Source: Clostridia bacterium
GTDB taxonomy: Bacteria; Bacillota; Clostridia; Christensenellales; QALW01
Assembly: GCA_045648525.1 (NCBI GenBank)
Contig: JAZROC010000186.1
Location: forward strand, 1 to 42,262
Reading direction: 5' to 3'
Length of the DNA stretch: 42,262 nt
Part shown: positions 21,001 through 28,814 of the stretch, piece by piece
Numbering within the stretch: position 1 is the first letter of the stretch
How the letters are laid out: the number at the start of each line of letters is the position of its first letter
Position numbers and translations under genes: made by a program
The notes under the pieces: generated by a model
Databases searched by the model: none
What the model saw: only the letters and a program-made list of their open reading frames with translations
Told to the model about the DNA's origin: nothing

Positions 21001-21565
21001 TAAGCAATGGCAGAATCTGACGTTGTTCAGGAATATTATGATCCTGAATTTCAATATAGAAATCATCAGGAAACATATTTTTTAATCTTTGCGCAAGATT
21101 TTTTGCTTCATCATAATTGCCGTTTAAAAGATATTGAGGAATATCACCTGCAAGGCAGGCAGAAAGGCACACAAGCCCGCCTGAATATTTTTCAAGCAAA
21201 TCATAATCAATACGAGGTTTATAATAATAACCCTCGGTAAAAGCAAGTGAAACGAGCTTGATAAGATTTTGATAGCCTTCTTCGTTTTTGGCAAGCAAAA
21301 CAAGGTGGGCATATTCTTTATCAGCCTTGCCTGCTTTATCAAAACGACTTCTTGGTGCAACGTAGACCTCGCAACCCATTATTGGCTTTACACCGTGTTT
21401 TTGCGCTGCTTTATAGAATTCAACGGCACCGTACATTACGCCGTGATCGGTTACGGCAACGGCATCCATTCCCGCTTCTTTGCAAGCGATAACAAGGTCT
21501 TCAATTTTTGAAGCACCATCCAACAGACTATATTCAGTATGCGTATGAAGATGAACGAAACCCAT
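18092..21565 (-). CDS. dnaE: DNA polymerase III alpha subunit DnaE
   Basis: 1157 aa with an N-terminal PHP domain (FVHLHTHTEYSLLDG), a polymerase core (PDFDVDF), and an OB-fold C-terminus. Confidence 0.97.
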   Translation of the reverse strand: MGFVHLHTHTEYSLLDGASKIEDLVIACKEAGMDAVAVTDHGVMYGAVEFYKAAQKHGVKPIMGCEVYVAPRSRFDKAGKADKEYAHLVLLAKNEEGYQNLIKLVSLAFTEGYYYKPRIDYDLLEKYSGGLVCLSACLAGDIPQYLLNGNYDEAKNLAQRLKNMFPDDFYIEIQDHNIPEQRQILPLLIKLARELELPLVATNDVHYIKKEDAEMHDVLLCIQTGKILEDPDRMRFSTEEFYLKTEEEMFEIFSNVPESLSNTVEIARKCNFDFEFGNIHIPYYEVPDGLTAAEYLYKLGMEGLQKKYPSITNEIQERFDYEYNMIKRMGYVEYYLIVWDYINYAKSVDIIVGPGRGSGAGSLVAYAIGITNIDPLKYNLLFERFLNPERVSMPDFDVDFCFERRGEVIEYVKRKYGADHVAQIATFGTMKARAVIRDVGRVMNLPYADVDKIAKMIPRELDVTIDRALQVNPELRDACLEPQIEKLIFFAKQLEGLPRNSSTHAAGVVISKNPVDTYVPLCVNGDMVATQYVAKYLEQLGLLKMDFLGLRTLTVIRDTLDFIKARTGEKPDLSSISFDDQNVYKIIGMGECDGIFQLESNGMRAFMKELKPSCFEDIVAGIALYRPGPMDSIPKYIFGKENPEQVEYQHPIMKNVLEVTYGCMVYQEQVMQIVRDVAGYSLGRSDIMRRAMSKKDQKAMEFERQVFIHGLEEEGKITVPGAVRNGIDEETANAIFDKIAVFAQYAFNKSHAAAYAVVAYQTAYLKCYYPLEFMAAMLNSLLGDEDKTARYIGYCRDHNIKVLPPDVNTSLSGFSPVGADSIRFGLSAIKNVGISGVKSIVDERIKNGVFTSLDDFATRTVHMSDVNKRMVESMIKAGAFDFTSYSRRALLGGYEAVLDGAANRAKNSLEGQLSLFDDLNIAQEVQVQSIREIGEYPRLQFLALEKEMLGVYLSGHPLERYTKQVKEIGFNLSEIRVEIDESGESIISDEMMRLDNKDVKFIGIITSIRKKATKSGSMMAFVTIEDLYSSITCLVFPQALQKCGKFIYEDNIVTVMGKLSIRDEEQPTILINNVMPAVEDDETAEVEVWVRIKERDNSGIGQLRVMVNDIKGKAKIILYYENERLKEELGVRIRYDDDIINVLKGMFGEENIKILKK

Positions 21566-21579
21566 TGCCCGACTCCTTT

Positions 21580-22509
21580 CTATAAATTCTGGCGCATTTC
21601 GCGTATTTTGATAAATCTTTTATTTAATGCTGATTTAGTGGTATCACCGCTTATTTCAGCCAATTCCTGCAGTGACGCTTCAGGATTATTAAGACGCAAA
21701 TCGCAGGCTTCTTTTAGTGATTTTGAAAGTTTTACGTTTGCACTCAATAAAGCATTTATATCGTCTATTTGTTTCTGTGCCGCCATTACCGCCTTATCCA
21801 TATTGGCAACTATGCAGTTATTGGAACGATTCATTTCATTTTTTAATGCTTTGTGTACACTTATGTTTTCAAGCTGCATCATCGTATTGGTCGCGCCCAT
21901 AAGTATTAACGTATCAGAAACGTATTCAATCTGCTTAATATAAATTACATTACGTTCTTTGCGCTCAATACATTTTGCCTGCACACCCATATCGTTAAGC
22001 TTTGAAAGCAGAAACTCTTTAAATTCTTCGTGAGAAAGAACGAACTCAAGCCTATAGCTTTTTTCAGGGTCACAAAGGACACCGCAACCTAAAAAAGCTC
22101 CTCTTAACGCGGCTTCAAAACAACCTTCGGGTTCAAAAACTTTTTTATTCAGTGTGCCGAAACTGTAATCCTCGCAAACACCTTCCAGCAACCCTATTTC
22201 AAATAAAAGCTGACCTTCAGGCGAATCAGGTATAATATCCATTCTGTAAACGGTATGCTTTTTGGGTTGATTCTTCTCAACAGCGCGAATATCAGGTTGA
22301 TTTTTATACAATTTTTTTATTATACTTGCAACGCGCAAAATTACCTCTTCATTTTCACTGGAAAGCTGAAGTGATAAACTGCCCCTGCCCAACTTGATAT
22401 TACCTGAAGAAAAACTAAATGCGGCAAGCTCGGCAAGCAGATGCGTATCTTTTGTAAATTTGCGTTTTGCAAGCTCGTATCTGGTTAATGTTGTGAAAGA
22501 TTTTTCCAT
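21580..22509 (-). CDS. whiA: DNA-binding protein WhiA
   Basis: 309 aa with degenerate LAGLIDADG-like repeats (AALRGAFLGCG) and a C-terminal HTH (LQELAEISGDTTKSALNKRFIKI). Confidence 0.9.
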   Translation of the reverse strand: MEKSFTTLTRYELAKRKFTKDTHLLAELAAFSFSSGNIKLGRGSLSLQLSSENEEVILRVASIIKKLYKNQPDIRAVEKNQPKKHTVYRMDIIPDSPEGQLLFEIGLLEGVCEDYSFGTLNKKVFEPEGCFEAALRGAFLGCGVLCDPEKSYRLEFVLSHEEFKEFLLSKLNDMGVQAKCIERKERNVIYIKQIEYVSDTLILMGATNTMMQLENISVHKALKNEMNRSNNCIVANMDKAVMAAQKQIDDINALLSANVKLSKSLKEACDLRLNNPEASLQELAEISGDTTKSALNKRFIKIREMRQNL

Positions 22510-23372
22510 TTTTCACCTTCGATATCAAGGTCTCTGTGCTCACAGACAACCTCAAAACCGTCTTCAGTAAGTTTTTTTGAAACAGCTTCGGCAATGGCAA
22601 CAGACCTGTGAAAACCGCCTGTACAACCAACGGCATAGAACATTTCCATTTTGCCCGAAACCGTATAATTCGGAATAATATATTTTAATTGTTGATAAAT
22701 CATTTCAACAGTTTTTTTAAATTCCTCAAAAGAGTTAAGATAATCAAGAACAACGTCTTCAAGACCGCAATGTGCCCTTAATTCAGCAACGTTATATGGG
22801 TTTGGCAAAAATCTTGCATCAAAAACAAAGTCAGCATCAAGAGGTATTCCTCGTTTAAAACCGAAAGATGAAATGTATACTTTTACATCCCCCTCTTTAC
22901 CGTTACCATAAAGACGTTCAAGAGATATTTTTATATTTTTTGATTGCATTTTCGTAGTATCAATCATAAAACTTGAATGTTTTTTTATTGGTTCAAGAAT
23001 TTTAATTTCTTTTTCAATACATTCTAAAAGCGTTCCGCCCTCATCTGAAAGAGGATGTATTGAACGAGTAAAATTATAGCGGTTTACAAGTTCGTTCTTA
23101 TCACAGTTAAGAAAAAGTATGTCCACCTGATAATTGTTCTTGTCCATATACTCGAGAGCAGATTCAAGGGCACTGAAGAAACTTCTGCCACGGACGTCAA
23201 TACCTACTGCAACCTTTGTAAACTCATTATTTCCCTGAAAGCACAAGTCAGCAAATTTTGTCAAAAGTATGCTTGGAAGGTTGTCAACACAGAAGAAACC
23301 TATATTTTCAAGAATTTTAAGAGCGGTTGTCTTGCCCGCACCGGAAAGTCCCGTTACAATTATAAATTTCAC
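22485..23372 (-). CDS. rapZ: RNase adapter / nucleotide-binding protein RapZ (YvcJ)
   Basis: 295 aa with MKFIIVTGLSGAGKTTALKILENIGFFCVDNLP and C-terminal GCTGGFHRSV motifs. It overlaps the whiA start by 25 nt. Confidence 0.9.
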   Translation of the reverse strand: MKFIIVTGLSGAGKTTALKILENIGFFCVDNLPSILLTKFADLCFQGNNEFTKVAVGIDVRGRSFFSALESALEYMDKNNYQVDILFLNCDKNELVNRYNFTRSIHPLSDEGGTLLECIEKEIKILEPIKKHSSFMIDTTKMQSKNIKISLERLYGNGKEGDVKVYISSFGFKRGIPLDADFVFDARFLPNPYNVAELRAHCGLEDVVLDYLNSFEEFKKTVEMIYQQLKYIIPNYTVSGKMEMFYAVGCTGGFHRSVAIAEAVSKKLTEDGFEVVCEHRDLDIEGEKWKNLSQH

Positions 23373-23387
23373 CGTCGTACCTCCTTT

Positions 23388-24149
23388 TTATACTTTTTCT
23401 CTGAACTTTTTGGGAATATATATTTTGTTATAATTTAATATTTTTTCGGGATCAATACCTGCTTCAAGAGCAAGGTCAAGCATATACTGGACGTTGCCTA
23501 CGTTTTCTGGGTCATGGGCATCTGACGACAAGAGATATTTCACATTAGTGCTTGCAAGATAGACAAGCTGGTCAAGCGTCAATGACTGATGCTTATTATT
23601 AAGCTCAATGCAGGTATCAGTTTCTTCAGCAGTTTTGGCAATGCGCACAATATCATAATCAGGCATACTTGTCCCAAGATGCGATAACGCATCAATACGA
23701 TATTTTCGCATAGCATTGCAAAGTGCTTTTGTATTTATTTCCCTTAATTTTTTTCTGTCCGGAATAAAAAACCTAAACAAATTTTGCCAAACAATCCACA
23801 CTACGTTTCTGAAACGGGTGCCCTTAACAAAATAATGCATGCCTAAAAGCACTACGTCAAAAATATCTTCATAATTTTTGGGCAGGTCTACTTCGCCATC
23901 AGGCGAAATAATATCCGCTTCAACACCAAAATACATTTTAAGATCAGGGAAAGCTTTTTGTGCTTCGTCAAATTCTTTGCGGGCATCATCAATTTCGTGC
24001 TTGCTTAAGCCGCCTACAAGAATAAACAGACCGTGTTCAGTTATAGCAAGGCTTTTAAGACCTTTTTTATGGGCTTCTTCAGCATTTGCATAGGCACTGC
24101 CTTTACCGTGACTGAAACTGCCGTGTGTATGAAAATCACCTGTAATCAA
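23388..24149 (-). CDS. PHP-domain metal-dependent phosphoesterase (HisJ/histidinol-phosphatase-like family)
   Basis: 253 aa with ITGDFHTHGSFSHGKG, ITEHG and SSDAHDP metal-ligand motifs. Its start overlaps the murB stop as ATGA. Confidence 0.8.
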   Translation of the reverse strand: MITGDFHTHGSFSHGKGSAYANAEEAHKKGLKSLAITEHGLFILVGGLSKHEIDDARKEFDEAQKAFPDLKMYFGVEADIISPDGEVDLPKNYEDIFDVVLLGMHYFVKGTRFRNVVWIVWQNLFRFFIPDRKKLREINTKALCNAMRKYRIDALSHLGTSMPDYDIVRIAKTAEETDTCIELNNKHQSLTLDQLVYLASTNVKYLLSSDAHDPENVGNVQYMLDLALEAGIDPEKILNYNKIYIPKKFREKV

Positions 24150-25057
24150 ATTTCTTCACCAATAACTATTATTTCCGGTTCAAGCATTGTGTTATGTTGG
24201 GCATAGACTTTTTCACGAATATCATTAAGTAATCTGACAACGTCCTTGGCGGTTGCATTGCCCGTATTAATAACAAAGCCTGCGTGCTTTTCAGATACCT
24301 GTGCACCGCCTACAGTATAGCCTTTAAGCCCTGCAGTATCAATCATTGCGGCGGCATAACCGTTTTGCGGTCTCTTAAACGCACTGCCTGCACTTGGATA
24401 CTCAAGAGGTTGAGAATTTCTGCGCTTTTGGGCAAGTTCTGCCATATATCCCTTTATATCTTCCGCGTTGCCTTTAGTAAGCTTTATTTTTGCAGAAAGA
24501 ATGAGCATATCGCTATCAGTAAAAATGCTATGCCTATATGAAAAATTAAGTTCACTGTTTGCAAAAGTTCTGATTGTGCCATCGCTTAACAGTGCGGTTA
24601 CTTCAGTAACAACGTCCTTTAATTCGCCTTTATATGCGCCTGCATTCATAACGATGCCACCACCAAGGGTGCCCGGAATTCCTGAAGCAAACTCAAAACC
24701 TGTCAACTGATTTTCAGCGGCAACAGCGGCAAGTCGCGCCATTGTGATACCGCTTTGGGCAGTAATAACGTCGCCGTCAACTACAGTTTCAGACATATTC
24801 TGCCCGAATTTTATAACTGCACCTCTTATACCGCCATCAAGAACAAGAAGATTTGAACCATTACCAATAAAGGTAATGGGAATACCATATTCTTTTGCAG
24901 ATTTTATAACAGTTACAAGTTGATCTACTGATTCAGGCTGAATAAGAATATCAGCCTTTCCGCCAATTTTAAAGGTGGTATATTCATTCATCGGTGCATC
25001 GACAATATAGTCAAAACCGTTTTCTTTTATAAATTGTGTAAATTCGCAAATGGACAT
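24146..25057 (-). CDS. murB: UDP-N-acetylenolpyruvoylglucosamine reductase MurB
   Basis: 303 aa with an FAD-binding region (TFKIGGKADIL, IGNGSNLL), the catalytic region SAGSAFKRP, and GGAQVSEKHAGFVIN. Confidence 0.95.
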   Translation of the reverse strand: MSICEFTQFIKENGFDYIVDAPMNEYTTFKIGGKADILIQPESVDQLVTVIKSAKEYGIPITFIGNGSNLLVLDGGIRGAVIKFGQNMSETVVDGDVITAQSGITMARLAAVAAENQLTGFEFASGIPGTLGGGIVMNAGAYKGELKDVVTEVTALLSDGTIRTFANSELNFSYRHSIFTDSDMLILSAKIKLTKGNAEDIKGYMAELAQKRRNSQPLEYPSAGSAFKRPQNGYAAAMIDTAGLKGYTVGGAQVSEKHAGFVINTGNATAKDVVRLLNDIREKVYAQHNTMLEPEIIVIGEEI

Positions 25058-25086
25058 ACTGCCCCTCCTACTATATACTCCGAAAT

Positions 25087-25115
25087 ATTATACCCTAAAT
25101 GTCAAAAAATTTCAA
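25087..25115 (-). promoter_or_regulatory. Putative sigma-A promoter of the murB operon
   Basis: Minus strand reads TTGAAA (25115-25110), a 17-nt spacer, then TATAAT (25092-25087). The SD GGAGGGG precedes ATG 25057. Confidence 0.5.
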
Positions 25116-25130
25116 TTGTTTTTTGACATT
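25098..25130. other. 33-nt inverted repeat (12-bp arms, 9-nt centre) overlapping the murB promoter; terminator-like or operator-like
   Basis: aatgtcaaaaaa-tttcaattg-ttttttgacatt, read directly. It starts immediately after the stop of the 25131 gene. Confidence 0.5.
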
Positions 25131-26129
25131 TTAACCGTCTTTTTGCAAAATTTCTTTAATTCCGTTAGTTTGTATATCTAACCAAGCCTTTTTCATAAAA
25201 GAATTTTCGTATTGAGGTTGAGCATCTTTTCTTACAGGAAACATACCTATACTGCCTATTTCGTCCTGTTGCGTTTTTTCTATAAGAAAATTAACGTAAC
25301 TATTCAATGTAGTCATTTTTTTGTTATTACCGCACAGAAAAACCGAAACATACTGAAAAATATCGGTACACCCTAAAAAAGTTACGTCGCCTTCACGGGC
25401 AAGATTTCGGCTTTCAAGGCTCTGAAGTCTATATAAATCACGTTGGGTGCCTATCATTCTGTTTACTTTGCCCGAATAATTATATGCTTCAAATATTTCA
25501 CTTGAGTTGCCTTTCAATATTCCGTTTTCACCGATGTTTTTAAAGTTTACACTGTCAACTGCATTATGACCTTTTCTTTGAGGTATACCCACTGAATACA
25601 CAGTGACTGCGCCTTTTTTCGTCTGCTTTATAAAACCGTCATTCCCCCATTTTGTTTTGTCGGAATCACCAATCATAAAATACGCGCCCATACACCACGG
25701 CACCGCTTTGCTTTTTATATTTTTTACCAAATCCGGCACATTAATCAAATTAAGGTCAGCAAATATATTTTCGTCAATTTCAACGCCTGCACCATAGGAA
25801 ATCACGTCAGGCTTTTTTTGTCCCGTTTTAATTAATTTTTCCGCTTTTTCCGCCGTTATTGACTCGATATTAACAAAAACTCCGTTATTTTGCTTTTCAA
25901 ACTTTTTGGTAATTTCCTTTAAAAAATTTGTGCGGCTTCCTGTACCGCCTTCAAAGGAATCTATTTGCCAGAAATCTATTACACCGTAATAATATTTTTC
26001 GCGGCGTCTGTACATTTCATCGGTTATTTTGTCAGTATTAAGCTCTTCATACAGGCTTGCGGGCACAACTATTACTGCAACAATAAGACACACAGAAAGA
26101 AATGCTTTTATAAAATAACTCAATATCAT
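25131..26129 (-). CDS. Membrane-anchored hypothetical protein resembling an extracellular solute-binding protein
   Basis: About 332 aa with an N-terminal TM (FLSVCLIVAVIVVPA). The segment DFWQIDSFEGGTGSRTNFLKEITKKFEKQNNGVFVNIESI...KPDVISYG resembles the N-lobe of family-1 ABC substrate-binding proteins. There is no obvious SD. The start is ATG 26129 or GTG 26132. Confidence 0.55.
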   Translation of the reverse strand: MILSYFIKAFLSVCLIVAVIVVPASLYEELNTDKITDEMYRRREKYYYGVIDFWQIDSFEGGTGSRTNFLKEITKKFEKQNNGVFVNIESITAEKAEKLIKTGQKKPDVISYGAGVEIDENIFADLNLINVPDLVKNIKSKAVPWCMGAYFMIGDSDKTKWGNDGFIKQTKKGAVTVYSVGIPQRKGHNAVDSVNFKNIGENGILKGNSSEIFEAYNYSGKVNRMIGTQRDLYRLQSLESRNLAREGDVTFLGCTDIFQYVSVFLCGNNKKMTTLNSYVNFLIEKTQQDEIGSIGMFPVRKDAQPQYENSFMKKAWLDIQTNGIKEILQKDG

Positions 26130-26196
26130 CACCAGTAAAATTTATGACAAATTTTACAAAAAAAGAACACCTTTTAATAACCGAATCAGACTTATC

Positions 26197-26225
26197 TTGA
26201 CATTTTAACAATAATACATTACAAT
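26197..26225 (+). promoter_or_regulatory. Putative sigma-A promoter of the 26256 surface-protein gene
   Basis: TTGACA (26197-26202), a 17-nt spacer, then TACAAT (26220-26225). The SD GGAGG lies 8 nt before the ATG. Confidence 0.55.
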
Positions 26226-26255
26226 ATATATAAATAATATTCTTGGAGGCTTTTA

Positions 26256-28187
26256 ATGAAAAAGATTTTTATATGTTTGCTTGTATCGCTTGCAATTTTT
26301 ATGAACGTTTTTGTTCAAGCTACTGAAGCTGATACACTTGTAGAAGCAACACCTACTGCTGAGGTTATTGTAACACCCGAGTCTACACCCGAACCACCCC
26401 CTGACCCGACAGCAGCACCTACAGAAACTCCCAGTGTAACTCCTTCGGTTGCCGCCCCCTTTAATTTTTCAGTTGTTTCTTCCGAAGGTAATAAAGAGTT
26501 AATACTCGATTCCTTTGAAACGACATTGAGTTTTACCGTTACCCCAAAGGGCACTGAAGATTTCACTATTGTAAAAGTTGTTAACGAAGATACAGGAAAC
26601 CCTTATATCTACAATGAAGAAGTTGGAAAAGATTCTTTCTGGGAAAGAACAGAATCAATTCTTTTTAACGAATCCGCTTCCGATAAAACCATCACCTTTA
26701 CACTTCACTGGAAAGATTTTCTTGGAAACGAACGCAAAACAACTTCAAATTTCAAACTTATTGTTGCAAAACCAAGCTTGACGGTTTCTGCCGCAGTTGA
26801 CGGTGCTATAGTTCCAGGTGCACCAACTGTAATCAAATATCACATTGCAAACGTTGGTAACGTTGCCGTTAAAAACGTATTGCTTCAGGACCCCACTGCC
26901 GCATATCTTGATAACAGCATTATTTTCAGCCCCGAAGAACATCTTGCCCCAGGCGCGATTTTTGAACGTCAGGCATCAATTATCCTTGACGGTGAAGCAA
27001 CACTTTCCCCCTCTGTCAGCTTTATTTATAACAACGAAACACTCACAGTTTCAGGCGAAACGTTAAAGCTTATTGCCACTGACGTTATACCGATACTTAC
27101 CCTTTCCTGCGATAAACTTATTGCAGACTATAAGGGCGCGATGCACACCTTTAATTATACTATTTCAAACACCACGCAGGTTACACTTAAAAACGTTTAC
27201 GTTTATGACAGTGACGAAGAAAATGCAGGCGTTGTTGACGGTCCCTTTGACGTTGAAGTAGGTGCTATACATACCGGAAGTTACCAGACTCAAGTTGATA
27301 AAGCAGGCTATTATAAATTCAAAATAACATATTCATACGAGGGCGCTGACGGTGAAAAACAACAGTCAGCAAAAACCGATGAAGCCATAAAACTTCCCGG
27401 TGATATTTATATGGAAATTGTTAAGGCGACACCTGAAAAACTTGACGATACCGGTGAAATGACCTTTACGCTTCTTGTAACAAACGGTTCAGGAGCAGAA
27501 CTTAAAAATATCGCCATTGAAGAAGAAAGCAGCCTTATTGACCGCATCGAACTTAACAACACTATTCCTGCGGCATCGGATACCGCACCCAGTCAGTTCA
27601 AATATGACGTTACAGTAAAGATTCCCATCGAAGCAACCCTTGTTCAATTTAATTTACGTTATACCATAAATGATGAGTTATTTATTATAAACGCAGGCTA
27701 TCCCATTGAATACATTGGCGGCACAGAACCCCCAACAGAGACTCCTGTAGAAGAAACACCGATAATAAGCACACCCACAGTACCTCCCGTTGAGCAAAAC
27801 AATAATTTGAATGTTTTACTTATTTTATTGTTAATATTCGTTATCGTATTCATTCTCGTATTTATTATAATTTTCATTATACTGAAAAATAAGAAAAACG
27901 CAAAAACCGCCAACATATCAGTAAAACGTAAAATCATAACTGCTCTTGATGATTTTGATGACGAAGATTTTGACGAGGAAGATTTTGACGAGGATTTAAG
28001 TACCACCGTAGGTGCAGACGAAAGCCTTGACAAAACTACTACTTTTACCGTTCCTCCATATACACCTGACGAGGATGAAGAAACTGATGGTGACGTTAAC
28101 AGCATAACATCTTCAATTCTTTCAAATGATGAAATCAACGAGGACGATTTTGACGATGAAGGCGTAAAAATTTACAAAAAGAAATAA
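26256..28187 (+). CDS. Type-I membrane surface protein with repeated CARDB/DUF11-like beta-sandwich modules, Pro/Thr linkers and a poly-acidic cytoplasmic tail
   Basis: 643 aa. It has a signal peptide (MKKIFICLLVSLAIFMNVFVQA) and a PT-rich linker. Recurring module signatures are IKYHIANVGNVAVKNVLLQD, FNYTISNTTQVTLKNVYVYD and FTLLVTNGSGAELKNIAIEE. A second PT linker follows, then a TM (LNVLLILLLIFVIVFILVFIIIFIIL) with a KNKKNAK stop-transfer sequence, then an Asp/Glu-rich tail containing DFDDEDFDEEDFDED. Confidence 0.75.
   Translation: MKKIFICLLVSLAIFMNVFVQATEADTLVEATPTAEVIVTPESTPEPPPDPTAAPTETPSVTPSVAAPFNFSVVSSEGNKELILDSFETTLSFTVTPKGTEDFTIVKVVNEDTGNPYIYNEEVGKDSFWERTESILFNESASDKTITFTLHWKDFLGNERKTTSNFKLIVAKPSLTVSAAVDGAIVPGAPTVIKYHIANVGNVAVKNVLLQDPTAAYLDNSIIFSPEEHLAPGAIFERQASIILDGEATLSPSVSFIYNNETLTVSGETLKLIATDVIPILTLSCDKLIADYKGAMHTFNYTISNTTQVTLKNVYVYDSDEENAGVVDGPFDVEVGAIHTGSYQTQVDKAGYYKFKITYSYEGADGEKQQSAKTDEAIKLPGDIYMEIVKATPEKLDDTGEMTFTLLVTNGSGAELKNIAIEEESSLIDRIELNNTIPAASDTAPSQFKYDVTVKIPIEATLVQFNLRYTINDELFIINAGYPIEYIGGTEPPTETPVEETPIISTPTVPPVEQNNNLNVLLILLLIFVIVFILVFIIIFIILKNKKNAKTANISVKRKIITALDDFDDEDFDEEDFDEDLSTTVGADESLDKTTTFTVPPYTPDEDEETDGDVNSITSSILSNDEINEDDFDDEGVKIYKKK
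27948..27995 (+). repeat. 15-nt in-frame tandem repeat (3 units) encoding DDFDD-EDFDE-EDFDE
   Basis: gatgattttgatgac / gaagattttgacgag / gaagattttgacgag / gat. Units 2 and 3 are identical. Confidence 0.7.
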
Positions 28188-28194
28188 AAAGTAA

Positions 28195-28225
28195 AGGCGG
28201 TCAAAATTGACCGCCTGATTTTTTT
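28195..28225. terminator. Terminator between the convergent genes 26256..28187 and 28237..28779
   Basis: AGGCGGTCAA-AATTGACCGCCT stem-loop followed by GATTTTTTT on the plus strand, with an A-rich tract (AAAAAGTAAA) upstream that could serve the minus strand. Confidence 0.75.
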
Positions 28226-28236
28226 ACTTATTAAGA

Positions 28237-28779
28237 TTATCTTAAATTAACTTCTTTACCATTTGAAATTTTAAATGCTACGGTTTTGCCGTTAGCAAGC
28301 TCCATAACGAAAAGATTTTTTTCAAGAGAGTATCCATTCATATTTCCCCTTGAAACGCGCCAGATGTCCTGTGCTTCATCGTCCTTTACAAAAACGCCCT
28401 TTTTGTGCACCATAAATACCATACCGCGACTCTGAAGATAGAAGAAATCAACAAAATCACTGGGCATAGGAATAATTGAGCGAACCTGCTTTTCAACTAT
28501 ATCAAAAACGATTACAAAATTATCAGCACCGATAAAAAGCATATGATTTTCAGTTGCTAAAATGTGAGGTTCCTTATTAGTTGCGCACAAAACACCGATA
28601 CCGAAGTATTCGCCTGTTTCGTGATCAGTAACAGCTATCATATTCCACGCATTTTCGCTTCCCTTTTTCTGACCTGCAAAAACACTGCCTGCTTCACACA
28701 AAAGAAGGTCGCTTTCCAGAGATTCAAAATTGCTGTATGTTTTTGTACGTACGTCAGTAGTACCTAATGTAAAAATCAT
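28237..28779 (-). CDS. Hypothetical soluble protein (180 aa, no recognisable motif)
   Basis: SD GAGGT lies 8 nt before ATG 28779, and the gene has its own promoter and terminator. There is no TM or signal peptide. The sequence looks beta-strand-rich (MLFIGADNFVIVFDI, GMVFMVHKKGVFV, LFVMELANGKTVAFKI). Confidence 0.6.
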   Translation of the reverse strand: MIFTLGTTDVRTKTYSNFESLESDLLLCEAGSVFAGQKKGSENAWNMIAVTDHETGEYFGIGVLCATNKEPHILATENHMLFIGADNFVIVFDIVEKQVRSIIPMPSDFVDFFYLQSRGMVFMVHKKGVFVKDDEAQDIWRVSRGNMNGYSLEKNLFVMELANGKTVAFKISNGKEVNLR

Positions 28780-28814
28780 TACAAAATACCTCGCAAAAAA
28801 ATATCTTTTATATT

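Noticed and set aside
23388-24149. The PHP-domain gene as a divergent replacement for the missing yvcK
   Set aside because: The HxH...E...H...D-H metal-ligand pattern is that of a PHP phosphoesterase. It has no resemblance to the CofD/YvcK Rossmann-like family, and it sits upstream of rapZ rather than between rapZ and whiA.
26315-28138. Minus-strand ORFs inside the surface-protein gene (26315..26566, 26745..26942, 27698..28138)
   Set aside because: These are antisense translations of PT-rich, acidic and hydrophobic segments, giving S/G/V-rich low-complexity peptides. The plus-strand frame has a signal peptide, domain repeats, a TM, a promoter, an SD and a terminator.
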